A DNA stretch of 64,000 bases from Eledone cirrhosa. Taxonomy: Eukaryota. Numbering within the stretch: position 1 is the first letter of the stretch; each line of letters begins with the position of its first letter. Position numbers and translations under genes: made by a program. The notes beneath the pieces were generated by a model. It saw only the letters and a program-made list of their open reading frames with translations, was not told the origin of the DNA and searched no databases. Where the stretch lies: NCBI GenBank assembly GCA_964016885.1, contig OZ024742.1, positions 258,540,001-258,604,000 on the forward strand. The letters are read 5' to 3'. This document shows, in pieces, positions 1-12,944 of the stretch.

Positions 1-743
1 TTACCTCGTTGCTCGAGGTTTCCCGAATAAGACGAATACGAAAAACACGTCCTCATTCGTTCGTCGGACAAGGTAATATAAAACATAGTGAAATATTTTG
101 AAAGTCTCATCAAGAAATGCAAAAATATATAAATAAAAGTAATGCAAGAGATATATTAAAAAATACAGAAAAATATACAAAGAATATAAGGAAATATAGT
201 TAGGTATGTATATATGTATGTATATACACTCACAAATGTACATATGTGTGTATGTACAAATGCATGTGTATGGTGAAAATATGTGCGTAAGTATATATAT
301 GAGGGCAAGTATATTTGTGTATATGTGACCACAAATACGGATATAATATGAGTTGAAAGAGAAGATGATGATATAGTTTGACACGCATCTAGATACAGGT
401 ATTAAATACACATACCAGTATGAAAGCACGCGTATAAACACACACATACGCGCGGTCACTTAGTGAAAAAAGTGTCATTCTCGATATATGTATAAAAATG
501 AAACAATATATGAGAATGAAAAAAATGTTTAAATGAAAGAGAAAGTAATCAATTAACACTAGAGAAAAGAAAACAAACATAGGGACGCACGTACATACAG
601 ATATATCTATAAATAACATATATCCATAAAAATATTTATACACACAAATACGTACAGACAAAAGCGCATGTATGTGTACATACATACACACGAGGCACGT
701 ATATATAAGTAATGGCTAGTATTCAGTGTTAGTTTTAAGTTTT

Positions 744-779
744 TTTTACCGGTTGCGCATTTCAAATGCATTTCAAAAA
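744..779 (-). ncRNA. Variant minimal hammerhead-like motif (degenerate; UUGAAAU...GCAA core)
   Basis: Reverse complement reads TTT-TTGAAAT-GCATT tga AATGC-GCAA-CCGG-TA-AAA; same family as 60088-60124, 29478-29513 and 43572-43609. Confidence 0.45.
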
Positions 780-878
780 TAATTTTGAGATAGAGCGTTC
801 GTGATTTGGTTGGTTGTTGAATGTCACGTGAATAAGCACTATAATTTTGATTGGTCGGTATATATAATATACATATAT

Positions 879-916
<38 letters not shown>

Positions 917-1139
917 AGTAAAATAAACTAAAATAAATAAGTCAAATATTTAAAATTTAGCTTCGTTTATTACAGCTATATATATTTCAGTGACAGCCAT
1001 CTTTGGCTGTGACCTGTTTAGGCAGTCCGAATTATTGTGGTAGAGACGAGTACACATGTTGTTGAGGTGTTAAATGTATCAGTACTCTGATATGCCCATT
1101 TCCTGGTTGTGTTGTTGTTTCTATGAGGAAATGGAGTCA

Positions 1140-2151
1140 TATGAATTTAAATAAACGAATTTCAGCGTCAAAGGACATTCTCTCCTCCCATTGGTCAGTT
1201 GTGAGAACATTCCTAAGTCAAAAGTCTATAGAAATTCTTTCTGATGCGAGGCTATCTGTAGTGGTTATTGTTGTTATTGTTAAGTACATCTGACCTCTAC
1301 CCTTATGTGCTGGGGTCAGACTTAATTCCTGCTGCTGTTGATTTTAGGAGGATCTGTGTGTGTGTACTGGCATCTATCCTGCCACAATTTCTCGTAGTGG
1401 TTTCTATAGACTTTTGACTGAGGAATGCTCTCACAACTGACCAATGGGAGGAGAGGATCTTCCAAATCTTTCTAACTTTGAGATTGGTTATAACACACAC
1501 ACGTTTTATTGGATTATCTTATTTTATTCTTTTATCATCTTATTCCTCATACCATTTTATCTTCTTTTTGTTTACTTTTTTGTTTACTTATTTGCTTATA
1601 TTATCTTATATTATTTTATTTTGGTCTATCTTATTTTATTTTATTTTATTTTACTATACTTTTGTTTATTTTATTCGCATTTTTAGTCTTTTATCTTTTC
1701 ATTGCATTCTATTGTTTTTTTTACTATTTATTATTTATTTCTTATTTTTTATTTTCTTCATCGTATTGCCTCATATTCCTTCATATGCTTGGTACCCCCC
1801 CCCCCCCCAACACACACACAACCACGAGAAATGGTGGCAGGATAGATGCCAATACACACAGATCAACACCAGCAGGAATTAATTCTGACCCCAGCACCAA
1901 CACCACTACCAACATAAGGGTAGAGGTCAGATGTACTTAACAATAACAAAAACAACCTATACAGATAGCCTTGCCTCAGAAAGAATATCTATAGACTTTT
2001 GACGAGGCCCTGGTGTTGATGTGCTCCTTGATCCGGATGTGTAGCGGCCGGATTGTGCTACCTATATAGTAGTGGTTGCACTTGTTACATTCTACCTTAT
2101 ACACGACGAGGCAACAACACACGCACACACACACACAAGCGAGACAACAAC

Positions 2152-2187
<36 letters not shown>

Positions 2188-2760
2188 GCATTCCACCATA
2201 CGAGTATATACTACACTGCTAATATAGACAAACGAGGCAACAACACACGCACACTCACACACACACAAGCGAGACAACAACACACGCACACGCACAGTCA
2301 CACACACACAGTAGCATTCACCAAACAGGCAGGGAATACTAACACCACACGAATACAATATTCAACACTGACTGCGAATACAGAAACCAGCACAGCAAGA
2401 TAATACAAGGGTTTGACAGCTAACGCCAAACCCACTCCCACAATTAAAAGAACTATTTCGGCTGCGACCTCTGCTTGACCGACCCCCATTTCGCGCGCGC
2501 GCGCTCTGCTGAATACCTCAGTTATTCAAAACAACGAACAGCAGAGGACACATATCGATCCTATCGGAGAAATACCCCCCCCCCCCGAAAACCCCCTAGT
2601 TGATGGATGTGAATCCGAAATATAGGAACAATTAAATCTCTCCCAATGTAACTCTATCTCGTGTTATTATTTTTATTTTTTACGCTCTTTCCTACATTCT
2701 TCTACACACTATACATCTCATTCCACATTCACTTACATCTCTCTCTCCACCACCGGATCT
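1140..2760. mobile_element. Rearranged PLE relic with nested inverted repeats and a GIY-YIG fragment
   Basis: 1995-2095(-) encodes YKVECNKCNHYYIGSTIRPLHIRIKEH (GIY-YIG, homologous to 44519-44917); inverted pairs 1184-1232/1400-1452 and ~1216-1402/1821-2002; 2400-2660(+) resembles the 3' UTR at 45490-45740. Confidence 0.65.
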
Positions 2761-2822
2761 TGATACCCAGAGAATTACCAACCTGCATTGTTGAGGCTTC
2801 CAGAATGACCTAACGAAAATAT

Positions 2823-2931
<109 letters not shown>

Positions 2932-3002
2932 ATATATATATATATATGTACATATTTATGTATGTATATTATATATATATATATATATACATATAAATAT
3001 AA

Positions 3003-3033
<31 letters not shown>

Positions 3034-3818
3034 CGTGCGTGTGTGTGGGTGGGTGTGGGTGTGCTTGTGTGTGTGTGAGTATGTTTATGTATATGTGCGT
3101 ATGTATACACGATAAACTTCAGTAGTTCCTGTGTATCAAATGCCAGACACGAAACGTTGGACATTCCGAGGAAATAGAACCTGACAATTGGTTGTGTAGT
3201 GAACCCCTGAACCACACAACTATGCCTGCGCAGAAATGTGGAATAAATAAAATAGGTAAATTCATTTGAATCTATATTGCATCAATCTAGATCTTCAAAT
3301 AAGATCACTCTCTTCGTATATTTGATGACGAACTAGTTTTACGATAGCCTTATTCTTATCGACTAGAAAACACTGTTTGTTCAACAAACCACAATTTTAT
3401 AATCATTTGGTGGGTAGCTTATACGATTTTCCTCTGTATCCACGCCAATTCATCAATCTTGCACATCATAAACATTTTATTCTTTACTGCACAGGAATGT
3501 CCATTACTTTCACACACACACGCACATACACGCGCGCACACACACACACACCTGTGCAAACAGACGAGTATACATCCGAAACTTACATACATACTCATAA
3601 AATATATTAGAAATATATAATAATATATATATAAATGTGTTTCTCTCATTCCTCTCTCTCTGTCACTCTCTCTCTCTCTCTTTCTCTCTCTGTCTCTGTT
3701 TCTCTCCCTCCCTCTCTCACTCTCTCTCTCTATATATATATATGTGTATGTATGTTCATATATATATATATATCTATATCTATATATATATATATATATA
3801 TATGAATATACATACACA

Positions 3819-3904
<86 letters not shown>

Positions 3905-4413
3905 GAGAGATATATATATATTCATACATATAACCCAGCTCGTATTAATCGCAATATTTCATCAATCTTGTCATCTACTTTAAACAAGTTGTTTTCCCTT
4001 GCATTCGAATCATTTTCCCTTCTATTTGCTCATAGCAAAAATCTAAAATTATGTGCTCAATATAGCTGATATTGCTGCCAATGAATACCTTATTATACTT
4101 TATTTATTTATATATTTCTTGCTTTTTCTGTTTTCCCTTCATGTTCTTTTAAATAGTTTCTTGAGAATATTAAACTTATTTCTGTTATTGGAAAAAAGCC
4201 ATCCTTAACTCCATATTGAAAGTTATTTCAAGGCCTTCAAAGAAAACATACCAAATGTTCACAAGCACACACACACTTACTCCCCCCCCCCACACACATA
4301 CACACATACACACACAAATACACATGCACTTTCACATACACACACACGCATATATATATATATGTCAGTGTTTGTGTTTGTGTATACATATTTGTTGTTT
4401 TTATTATACATAC

Positions 4414-4470
<57 letters not shown>

Positions 4471-4665
4471 CAATTCATACAATATAAAACTAATGCGATT
4501 CATTACAAGCTGAGATATTTAATATGAGAAATATATTATACATATTCAAATAGTAGTTCTTAAATGACACAAACCAGAATTTTCTATAGATGTCAAAAGA
4601 AGTTTAATTATGGTATATGTTAATCGTCGGTTTTTCTCCCGACCAATTGCTTGTATACATATAAA

Positions 4666-4720
<55 letters not shown>

Positions 4721-4936
4721 CGGCGATGAATTAGTTTTGCGAGGTTTTTTATATGACCCTCCCCAAGTATAACAATATATATAGATAGATAGATCGCTGT
4801 GTGTGTGTGTGTATATATATATATGTATATATTTATATATTTATATATTCATATTTATATATTTATATTTATATTTATATATTTATATATTTATATATTA
4901 TATCTATATCTATATCTATATCTATCTATCTATCTA

Positions 4937-5017
<81 letters not shown>

Positions 5018-5057
5018 GTATATATACATATGTATATATATATACACACAAACACGC

Positions 5058-5147
<90 letters not shown>

Positions 5148-6227
5148 ATATTGATACTTGTTTAACTTATTGATCACTTCAACAGTTCCAGACCTGTTTC
5201 ATTCGTAGGAAGTCATTAGAAATGTCCTTATGAGTTTGTATGAATGAAGAAACTATTCTAGCCTTGTTGAAGACATTCCTATATTAAATGATTATGCTTA
5301 CACTCTACTAATATATTGAATAACTTTGTAACTGTCTACCTCCCATCCCTGATACTATTCGGGATGTATATACATATTCCTTTTATTAAGGCTAAATAGT
5401 TTTAATAAAATTCTACTGTGGTATTGAGGTCTGCTTTCTGTCTGCCGTCAACTACAACTGGTTATCTATATACTATATATAACTCAATATGTTTGGTGCG
5501 TTGACCGCTAATAACACTAAATGAAATTGGAAATAATAGTTTTTTCGTGTTTTCCAATAAGCTGACCTCCATCAATCTCACGACCTATTTCCCAAAACTA
5601 AAATACAGGGTGCGAATTTGGAGAGGATTTACTGCTATTCTTAGCACAATGATACTGTCTGCCCTTCTTGAGTGCAGATAACAAAGGCGGGAAATGGGGT
5701 CGACATTGGGAGTTACAGATAATCATCTTTCAGTTGTTTAAATTCATAGACAATCGAGCCTTTGCTATTTATGGACGTTTTGATCCTTCATGATTTTGTA
5801 CCGTTGTAAGCTGAATTGATTAAGTGTTTCCTAATTTTCAAATCAACTATTCCAATTACGAGTGGCTGTGTGAAAGAGAAATACTTGCCTCACAAAATAT
5901 TACAGTGAATGCCATCAACAAAATATCCCTAGAGGTAACCAGACCTATAAATCAATCGGGGCTAAACACATCGTGTCTACTGTAATGTCTAATGTAAATG
6001 TTTTCTTAAATACATTTTCAATTATTTTTTTTCTTACTTGCTATATTAGGATATTCTAAATATATTTTAAGATTATATTAGCAATAATTGAATAACCATA
6101 AACATATTTTATTCTAAATAATGTTTACATTACGACGGGTGAAAATAAGTGACTTATGATTAGATTTCAGCATAGTTAAGACCGTTCTGGTTTCTGAGGT
6201 ATGTCACTCTTAATAAAACAAATTTTG

Positions 6228-6289
6228 TATTTTATCTGATGAGGGCGTACCAAAGGTTTTGGTATCCTTGAAATATATATAATAAAATA
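6228..6289 (+). ncRNA. Minimal type I hammerhead ribozyme
   Basis: TATTTTAT-CTGATGA-[GGGCGTACCAAA ggt TTTGGTATCCTT]-GAAA-TATATA-TA-ATAAAATA: 8-bp stem I, canonical core, palindromic stem III. Confidence 0.85.
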
Positions 6290-6649
6290 AATATGGTTTT
6301 ACAAATATAGTTTCCATTTATTAATATTATTGATATATACGTGTATGTGGAGAAGCGCATGCACAAGGAAGTTTGCGTGTCGGGGTGTGTGTGCGTATGA
6401 GCGTGTGTGTATCTATATGTGTGGGTGTGTTCGTGATTACGCTTGATTTCTTGTGCGTTTAGATCCCATAACTTACACGCTCAACGGAAATGGAGGTTGA
6501 TATCATTAGAAGCCGTGAGAAGCCTAAGTACAGATTACATTTAATCGATTACATCATGACGCTGCATAACCATAGATTCATTCTGATGTCATAAAGATGT
6601 TACATTTAAGGTTACGAACATATACCAAAAGGATTTTAAAATACTTACA

Positions 6650-6752
6650 TGCCGAGGTTGACTTTGCCTTTCATCCTTACGGGTTCGATAAAATAAAGTA
6701 CCAGTAATGTACTGGGATAATTGCTGGCCTTGTGCCTAAAGTAGAAACAATT
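6650..6752 (+). mobile_element. Partial tRNA-derived SINE (3' half)
   Basis: gccgaggttgactttgcctttcatccttacggg..gataaaataaagtacc..gtagaaacaatt, same as the full copy at 33523-33712. Confidence 0.85.
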
Positions 6753-7189
6753 ATATGCTGCTATTAGTTCTATTTTCCATTTCACGTCGTGATCAACGAA
6801 GAATTTTCTCCTTCTCACTTCAATAAATTCAAATGCGATTCAAGACTTAGTTTTACTTCTATGGGCTTCTGCACAGAGTCTCGCATTGCACGACAAGCAT
6901 ACTGCAACAGAAACAATACATTGTTTTTCTTTTGAATCAATTCTGTGTGATGTTAATGGACTTCATATCACTTTGAAATGTCCACTGATAGGTAACCATT
7001 GTTCCGCCTTTCGTCAGTTTGCATCCAGGACTCGAACTCATTTCGTCTTCAAGTGCCAATGATCGGGTAAACAGATAATGTAGCTGGTTAGATGGAACAC
7101 TCACGTAATAACAATTCCTTGCTGCGGTCGTGACTTTGCTCACATCGGGTTCTCTTCATTTGTAAAAAAAATTCACTACATGACCCTCA

Positions 7190-7500
7190 TAAACCTTTTG
7201 ACGTCCTTTTTATGGAATACATGCAGCTTCCTACCGATCTTTGCCATGCGGCTCAAGGTCACGGCCGTAGACGCCAATGTATGGAGTATGGTGATGGTGT
7301 AAATACGAAGCTTGACGTCTGACAAGAAAAGGGCGCTGGTTAACTATACCGCCTATCCGGTTCTGGCGTTGACATCCAATTCATCATAGCCATTGATCTG
7401 AAAATTGGCCAAGTAGGTGAAGCTGTTGTCTTCGTCTAGTGCTGTGGTCGATTTAGTATATTCCACCTCCTATCACTCAGAAAACTGGTTTGAGGCCTAA
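7190..7500 (-). pseudogene. Degenerate RTE-type LINE RT fragment
   Basis: Minus strand reads SFTYL...ELDVNART...DVKLRIY across frameshifts, resembling the RTE RT C-terminal region. Confidence 0.45.
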
Positions 7501-7740
7501 ATTAAGGAGGGTGTTTTATGTAGAATATAGTACATGTAACAGTAATTTGTATCGAATTAAATTAAAAAATCATTGCTATAAAACTTTATATATATATGTG
7601 TGCGTGTGTGTGTATGTTTGTACATATATGTATACAGACATACACACACAATATATATATATATGTGTGTGTGTATGTGTGTATGTGTGTATGTATATAT
7701 ATAGAGAGAAGGCGATAGAGAGGTAGAAAGAAGAGAGAGA

Positions 7741-8034
7741 GAAATAGAATTTACTAGGGCAACAATTATACTATTCTTCGAGATTTATTTATTCTATTTC
7801 TGTCTGCACCTCTTTTTCTCTCTCTCTCTCTCATCCTCTCTCTCTTTACATATATACTATATCATATTATATGGTATATATTTATATTATGTATGTGTGT
7901 GCGTGTGTGTATGTGTGTCTTTAGAGAGGGAGAGAGGGCGAGAGAGAGACAGACAGACATAAAGAAATATAGATAGATAGAACAAATAAATCGCGCAAGA
8001 ATTGTATAATGCTTGCCCTAGTAAACTCTATTTC
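7741..8034. repeat. Imperfect inverted repeat (~50 bp arms) flanking microsatellites; MITE-like or fold-back
   Basis: gaaatagaatttactagggcaa..gatttattt (7741-7790) pairs with aaataaatc..ttgccctagtaaactctatttc (7984-8034). Confidence 0.6.
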
Positions 8035-8823
8035 TCTCTCTCATCTTTCTCTAGATCACGCCTTCTCTCTCGTTCTTCGTTTCTCTCTCTCTCTATCGAT
8101 CACGATCGGTATAATTGTCCAAAGTGACTCTCGGAGAGTGGCCAACTATCTATCATCACTCATGTCTTGTTTAGAAGTAGAAGCCAACAAGTTGGTGTCG
8201 AAATCAGATTTAACACCACGTGATTGATAGGTTTGCGGTTGCGCCAAGCATGAAGTATACCAATGAAATCTTCCCTTTTTCCTGATAAAGGTGAAAATGA
8301 TGCGAAATATTCTTGGTAATCTACCAGACGCTTTCAGCTAATCTGTTAAAAATCTAGCCGTAAGATTGCTAAAGGTGATCGAAATATGCGTTAAACCAAT
8401 TTTGTAAGATTTATCTTGCTATTAAGTAATGTAATGAAGAAATAGGGAAATGTTGGAGAAGTGGTTCATTAAATTTATGGCATGAATGAATTCAGATATA
8501 TATTTATATAGAGCAGAGAATGATGAAATCAAAACAGAAAAAATATAGTGGGAAATTTTCTTCATTTCATAAAGCTACGCTGTTGTATACAAACCGAAAT
8601 GTATATTTTGTATGCGCAGAATACATGAAGACACTCGTAGGCGCGCAAACATAAACACGTTCACACGCGCACAATTGTATAAATATATATATATTTATAC
8701 AATTATATATTTATAATTGTATAAATATATATATGTATATATTTATATATATATATATATATGGGGGGTGGGGTAGAGAGAGAGAAATATAGACAGAGCG
8801 ATAGATAGATAGAAGGATAGATA

Positions 8824-11800
8824 TGTTTCTTTTATTTGCGACCAGGGCATCAAAAGTGGGACAAGTACAATGGGGGGAGTTTACAAAACAAGGCGTCCTC
8901 AATAAGGAGGAGGCAATAACAATATATAAAAATAAAATAAAATATAACAAAAAATAAAATTTATAACAAAGTCCTCAATAGAGAGGAGGCGCCTTGGGGG
9001 GTCGCACACACCCCCGAAAAAAGTGTGCAACCTTTCTCCTCAGGAGCACAGAGAAGGGGTGCTTCCTTGGTCTTTCATCTTCCTCACCTATAGTCTGATG
9101 TAGAGTGAAGGCCCATTCACACGGGCCATTCTCGCCACTTTCACCCATCTTTCATAGAAACGGCTGGGGTGCAGCACCTCTCTCTCCATCCTGATCCTTC
9201 TTCCGAAATGATATCGGAAGAAACGGACCATTTGTTGGCCAGAGAGAAAGGTGTCTGACCTCAGTCCTTTCATACGCGTCCACCATACAACCTCTTTCGC
9301 CATGGCTATTACGCACAGAAACACCGCCTCTCCTTCGTTTTTGAAGAGGGGAGGCGGCTTGATCGTTACGATAGACTCGGTGGTCAACCGGATTGGTCCT
9401 ACCCTTGACAGCAGTTGTTCGACATAACCCCACAGATCGGCAATGCCCGAGCAGTGTACCAATGCGTGTGCAACGGTTTCCTCGTCGCACACGCATCTGG
9501 GACAGATCTTTTTCGATGGGTCCCTACCCGGGCGCCCGTGTCTGTAGAGCCTTTCTCGAACGGGCAGAGCCCTTCTGTAGCATTGCCAGGCCAGGGACCT
9601 CTGGAAGTTATCCATGGGTCCCGGGCTGAATGTCCTACCGAACAGGTTGGCCAGTTCGTCTTCCTCCATGCCTAGGGCTTCTCCGAGGGCGTCGTCGCAC
9701 CTGCTAACCACCAGCCCTCTATAGAGTGACGAGGTGGATTCTCCACTGACAGCCGGGTCCGCCTGCCAGAGAGCCGTGAGTGCCTGGGCACACTCGGTGT
9801 GCCAGGCGCCCAGTTTTGTCGGTCTTTGCTTGACCCAGGATTGCAGCTCGGTGAGTGAGACGAGTCTGGGAAAGGCTCGCCTCACAAACGGGGCCCACAC
9901 CGGTTGACCGGAGTGGAATACCTGAAGGTGCCGTAGCCTTAATGCGTGTTTACGTATCATTAGCCACGGCATCCCCAGCCCTCCTTTCGAAGGGTGTTGA
10001 CAGCAGATAGATCTCCTCACCATAGGTGGCCCGCTTCTTCCAAAGGAATTGGAAGAGTGCGCGCTCCATTTTGGCGAGCGTTTCCCTTGGGCAAGGCACA
10101 ACGGTCAGGCGGTAGTAGATGACGGACGCTATATAAGTGTTCGCCACCTCCGCCCGTCCTTTCAGGGACAGTTTGCACTCGGCCCACTTCTGGGTCAGTG
10201 CAAACATCCTGTTCGTCACCTCACCCCAGTTCTTCTCCACCTGGAGGTCTGGTCCGAACCAGACCCCGAGCAACTTCACCGGGCCCTCCGTCCAGCGCCC
10301 GACGACGCCATCGGAGGGCATCGATCTGCCCCTCCACGTGCCGAGTTGCAGACCGATCGACTTGTCCCGCTTCAGCTTAGCCCCTGTAAACCTTTCGTAC
10401 TCCTCCAGTAAGGTGCCGATCGCCCTGATTTCCGAGGCCGTCGACACCATTACTGTTACGTCATCGGCGTAGGCTGACACCGCTTTTCGCAATCCCGGTT
10501 CCAACGGGATGCCCTGCAACAACTCCAAGTTCCGCAGAAGTGGCTCTAGAGTCATTACATACAGAAGGGAGGAGAGAGGGCACCCCTGTCGGATGGACCG
10601 CGCGATTTCGAACGGCTCCGAGAGGTACCCGTTCACCTTGACCCTAGAGCAGATGCGGCTGCTGTGCATGGCATTGATCCAGCCCGTGAAAACGGGTCCG
10701 AAGCCTGCCGCCGCTAGCACCGCATCCAGGTAACCATGGTCGACCCTATCGAATGCCTTAGATTGATCCAAGTTGATCAGGGCCCCACGAAAGCCGGGTT
10801 CGTTCCCAACCCTCTCTATGATGTATCGCATGAGGTGGAGGTTATCGTGGATGGATCTGGACGGGATAGCACATGTCTGCGCATCTCCCACCAGGTTGCC
10901 CACGACAAGCGCCAACCTCTTTGCTAGCACCTTGGCCAAAATCTGTAACTCTGTATTTAGCAGAGTTATGGGCCTGAAATTATTTATATCGTCCCCCTTT
11001 TTCTCGTCCTTCCTCTCTAGCGTGACTACACCCTTGGTCACAGCACAGGGAATTCTCCCGTTCTGTTGCCAGTTGCAGTAGACCGCCTCGAGGAGTTCGG
11101 GGAACAAGTCCGTCATAGCTAGATATAGTTCGTATGGAAGACCATCGAGACCCGGGGATTTGCGTTTGCCGCATTGGCTCAGCACGTCCTCTATCTCAGC
11201 AGCTGAAATCGGCTCCTCGCAGGACTTCGCCTCCCTGTCCGAGAGACGCGGCAGGCCGTCGAGGTATGGACCGAAGTCCACGTCCCCAACCGGCCCCCCG
11301 CCCCTTCCGAACAATCCAGCAAAGTGCTTTTGAAAAGCCTCGCACATCTGCTTAGGTTCAAGGATCACCCGTCCATCCTGGTCTCACTTTTGGCTTCTGT
11401 CACGCGGGCCCAGCTAACAGCTTTGGTCCCCTCGTTTCCCAGAGCACGTATTTTGCTTCGGACGATGCAGCCTTCGTGTTTCGCGTCGAAGAACTGGCCC
11501 AGGGCCGTTCTCAACGCTAGCACTCTGGCCACGTCGTAGCTTCTAATTGCCTCTTCTACACTATCTACCAACTCCCTTTCCTTCCTATTTCTATTTGACG
11601 CTAACTCCTTACTAAATTCTATAGAGACTACTCTAATCTCTCTTTTGAGAGATCCCCACCACCTGCTGTTGACGATGGCGCCCGTCAACCGCTCCTTAAC
11701 TAAAGTGCTAATCCGGTTCCTGTAAGCCTTACTTGCCGGTAAGGACAAGTTGAGCTTCCAGTAACCGGGTCCCTGTCTATGAGTTCTGTCAAGGTTGACC

Positions 11801-12676
11801 ATGCAGGTCACTAATTTGTGGTCTGAATAGCCAACCATGCGCATTTTTGGACAACTTAAAAAGTCCTTATCCTTAATTCTAACTAAGAACCTATCTAGGT
11901 ACGACCTAGATGATCCGCTACGATTTGCCCAAGTCCAGGTTGGCGCAGTCGGAAAATCTAGTCGATATCTATCGGCCAGGTCAAATCGACCGATTAACCC
12001 TTTGAGGCTATTACACCCCTCACTATCGGAACAGGCCCCTACGTAGTCCCAGCGTGCATCTAGGATACCATTCCAGTCCCCCACTAATAGCAAGGAGCGG
12101 GACGTCCCTAGAAAAGTCTCCAGACGATGGAAGAAGTCCGGCCGCATTGACCCGAAAGGGTCGTAGGCGGCTACCAACCTAAACGCTCCGCGTTTACCAC
12201 TGCCAAGGTCCAGAACCACTAGTCGACCCTCCGGGTCCAAATGTACCATCTGTGTTGCGAGACCCAGATGTTTTTGCAGCAGAACGACAACTCCACCCCC
12301 ACCTCCGGGCTGACAGAGAGATGCGTGCATCTCAAAGTCATCAAAGGCGGGGGCCAGCTGTCGCACGTTGCTGATCCGGGCCTCGCAAATAACCATCACA
12401 TCTATACGTTGTGACCTAAGGTCATTTAGAAGCATTGCTTGCTTCCAAGTTGAACCCAGGCCACGCGCATTTAAACAGCCTACTCTTAGCATGGCCATGT
12501 TGGTGGTGAAGAGAAAAGGCACTTACCTCTCTGTGTCCCGGTTATCGGGCTGCACAATTTCCATTAGGGTGGGGGATGGGTTGTTGGGTGGGGTGGTGGT
12601 TTGTGGAAGTGTAGGGGCATCAGTGTGTTGTGTGGTTGGGGAGCTTGGAGTTGTGTGGGTGTTTGGCGAGGGGGTG

Positions 12677-12677
<1 letters not shown>
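8824..12677 (-). mobile_element. Tx1/L1-clade non-LTR retrotransposon copy B (5'-truncated)
   Basis: APE-RT ORF2, ORF1 C-terminal remnant (..MEIVQPDNRDTER*), 3' UTR with AATAAA, both ends in (GATA)n. Confidence 0.93.
9088..12498 (-). pseudogene. Tx1-like ORF2 (AP endonuclease + RT + C-terminal Cys motif), two frameshifts
   Basis: LNARGL, GDWN, SYLDRF, SDHK; KSPGLDG, RPITLLN, DQSKAFDRV, RQGCPLS, YADD; CPRC..ETVAHALVHC; frame breaks near 11370 and 10040. Confidence 0.93.
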
Positions 12678-12711
<34 letters not shown>

Positions 12712-12944
12712 CTTTCTTTATTAGCCACAAGGGCGCAACAAGAAAGGGGACAATACAAAGACATGCCGGGGATTTTACATAGTCGTGTAAAAAATATAAA
12801 AACAAACAATTTCAACAATCGAAATCCCCAATAGGGGGGAGGCGCCACAAATGGGTTGTTTAATACCCCGTCGATAGAACAACCCTCAACTCAAGGAGCG
12901 TGTTGTGCAAGTGCTCCTTTCTTCCTTTTGCTCTCTTCCTCAAC

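Noticed and set aside
5180-5225. Minus-strand CTAATGA..GAAA hammerhead-like string
   Set aside because: Core mutated, no UH site and no stem I
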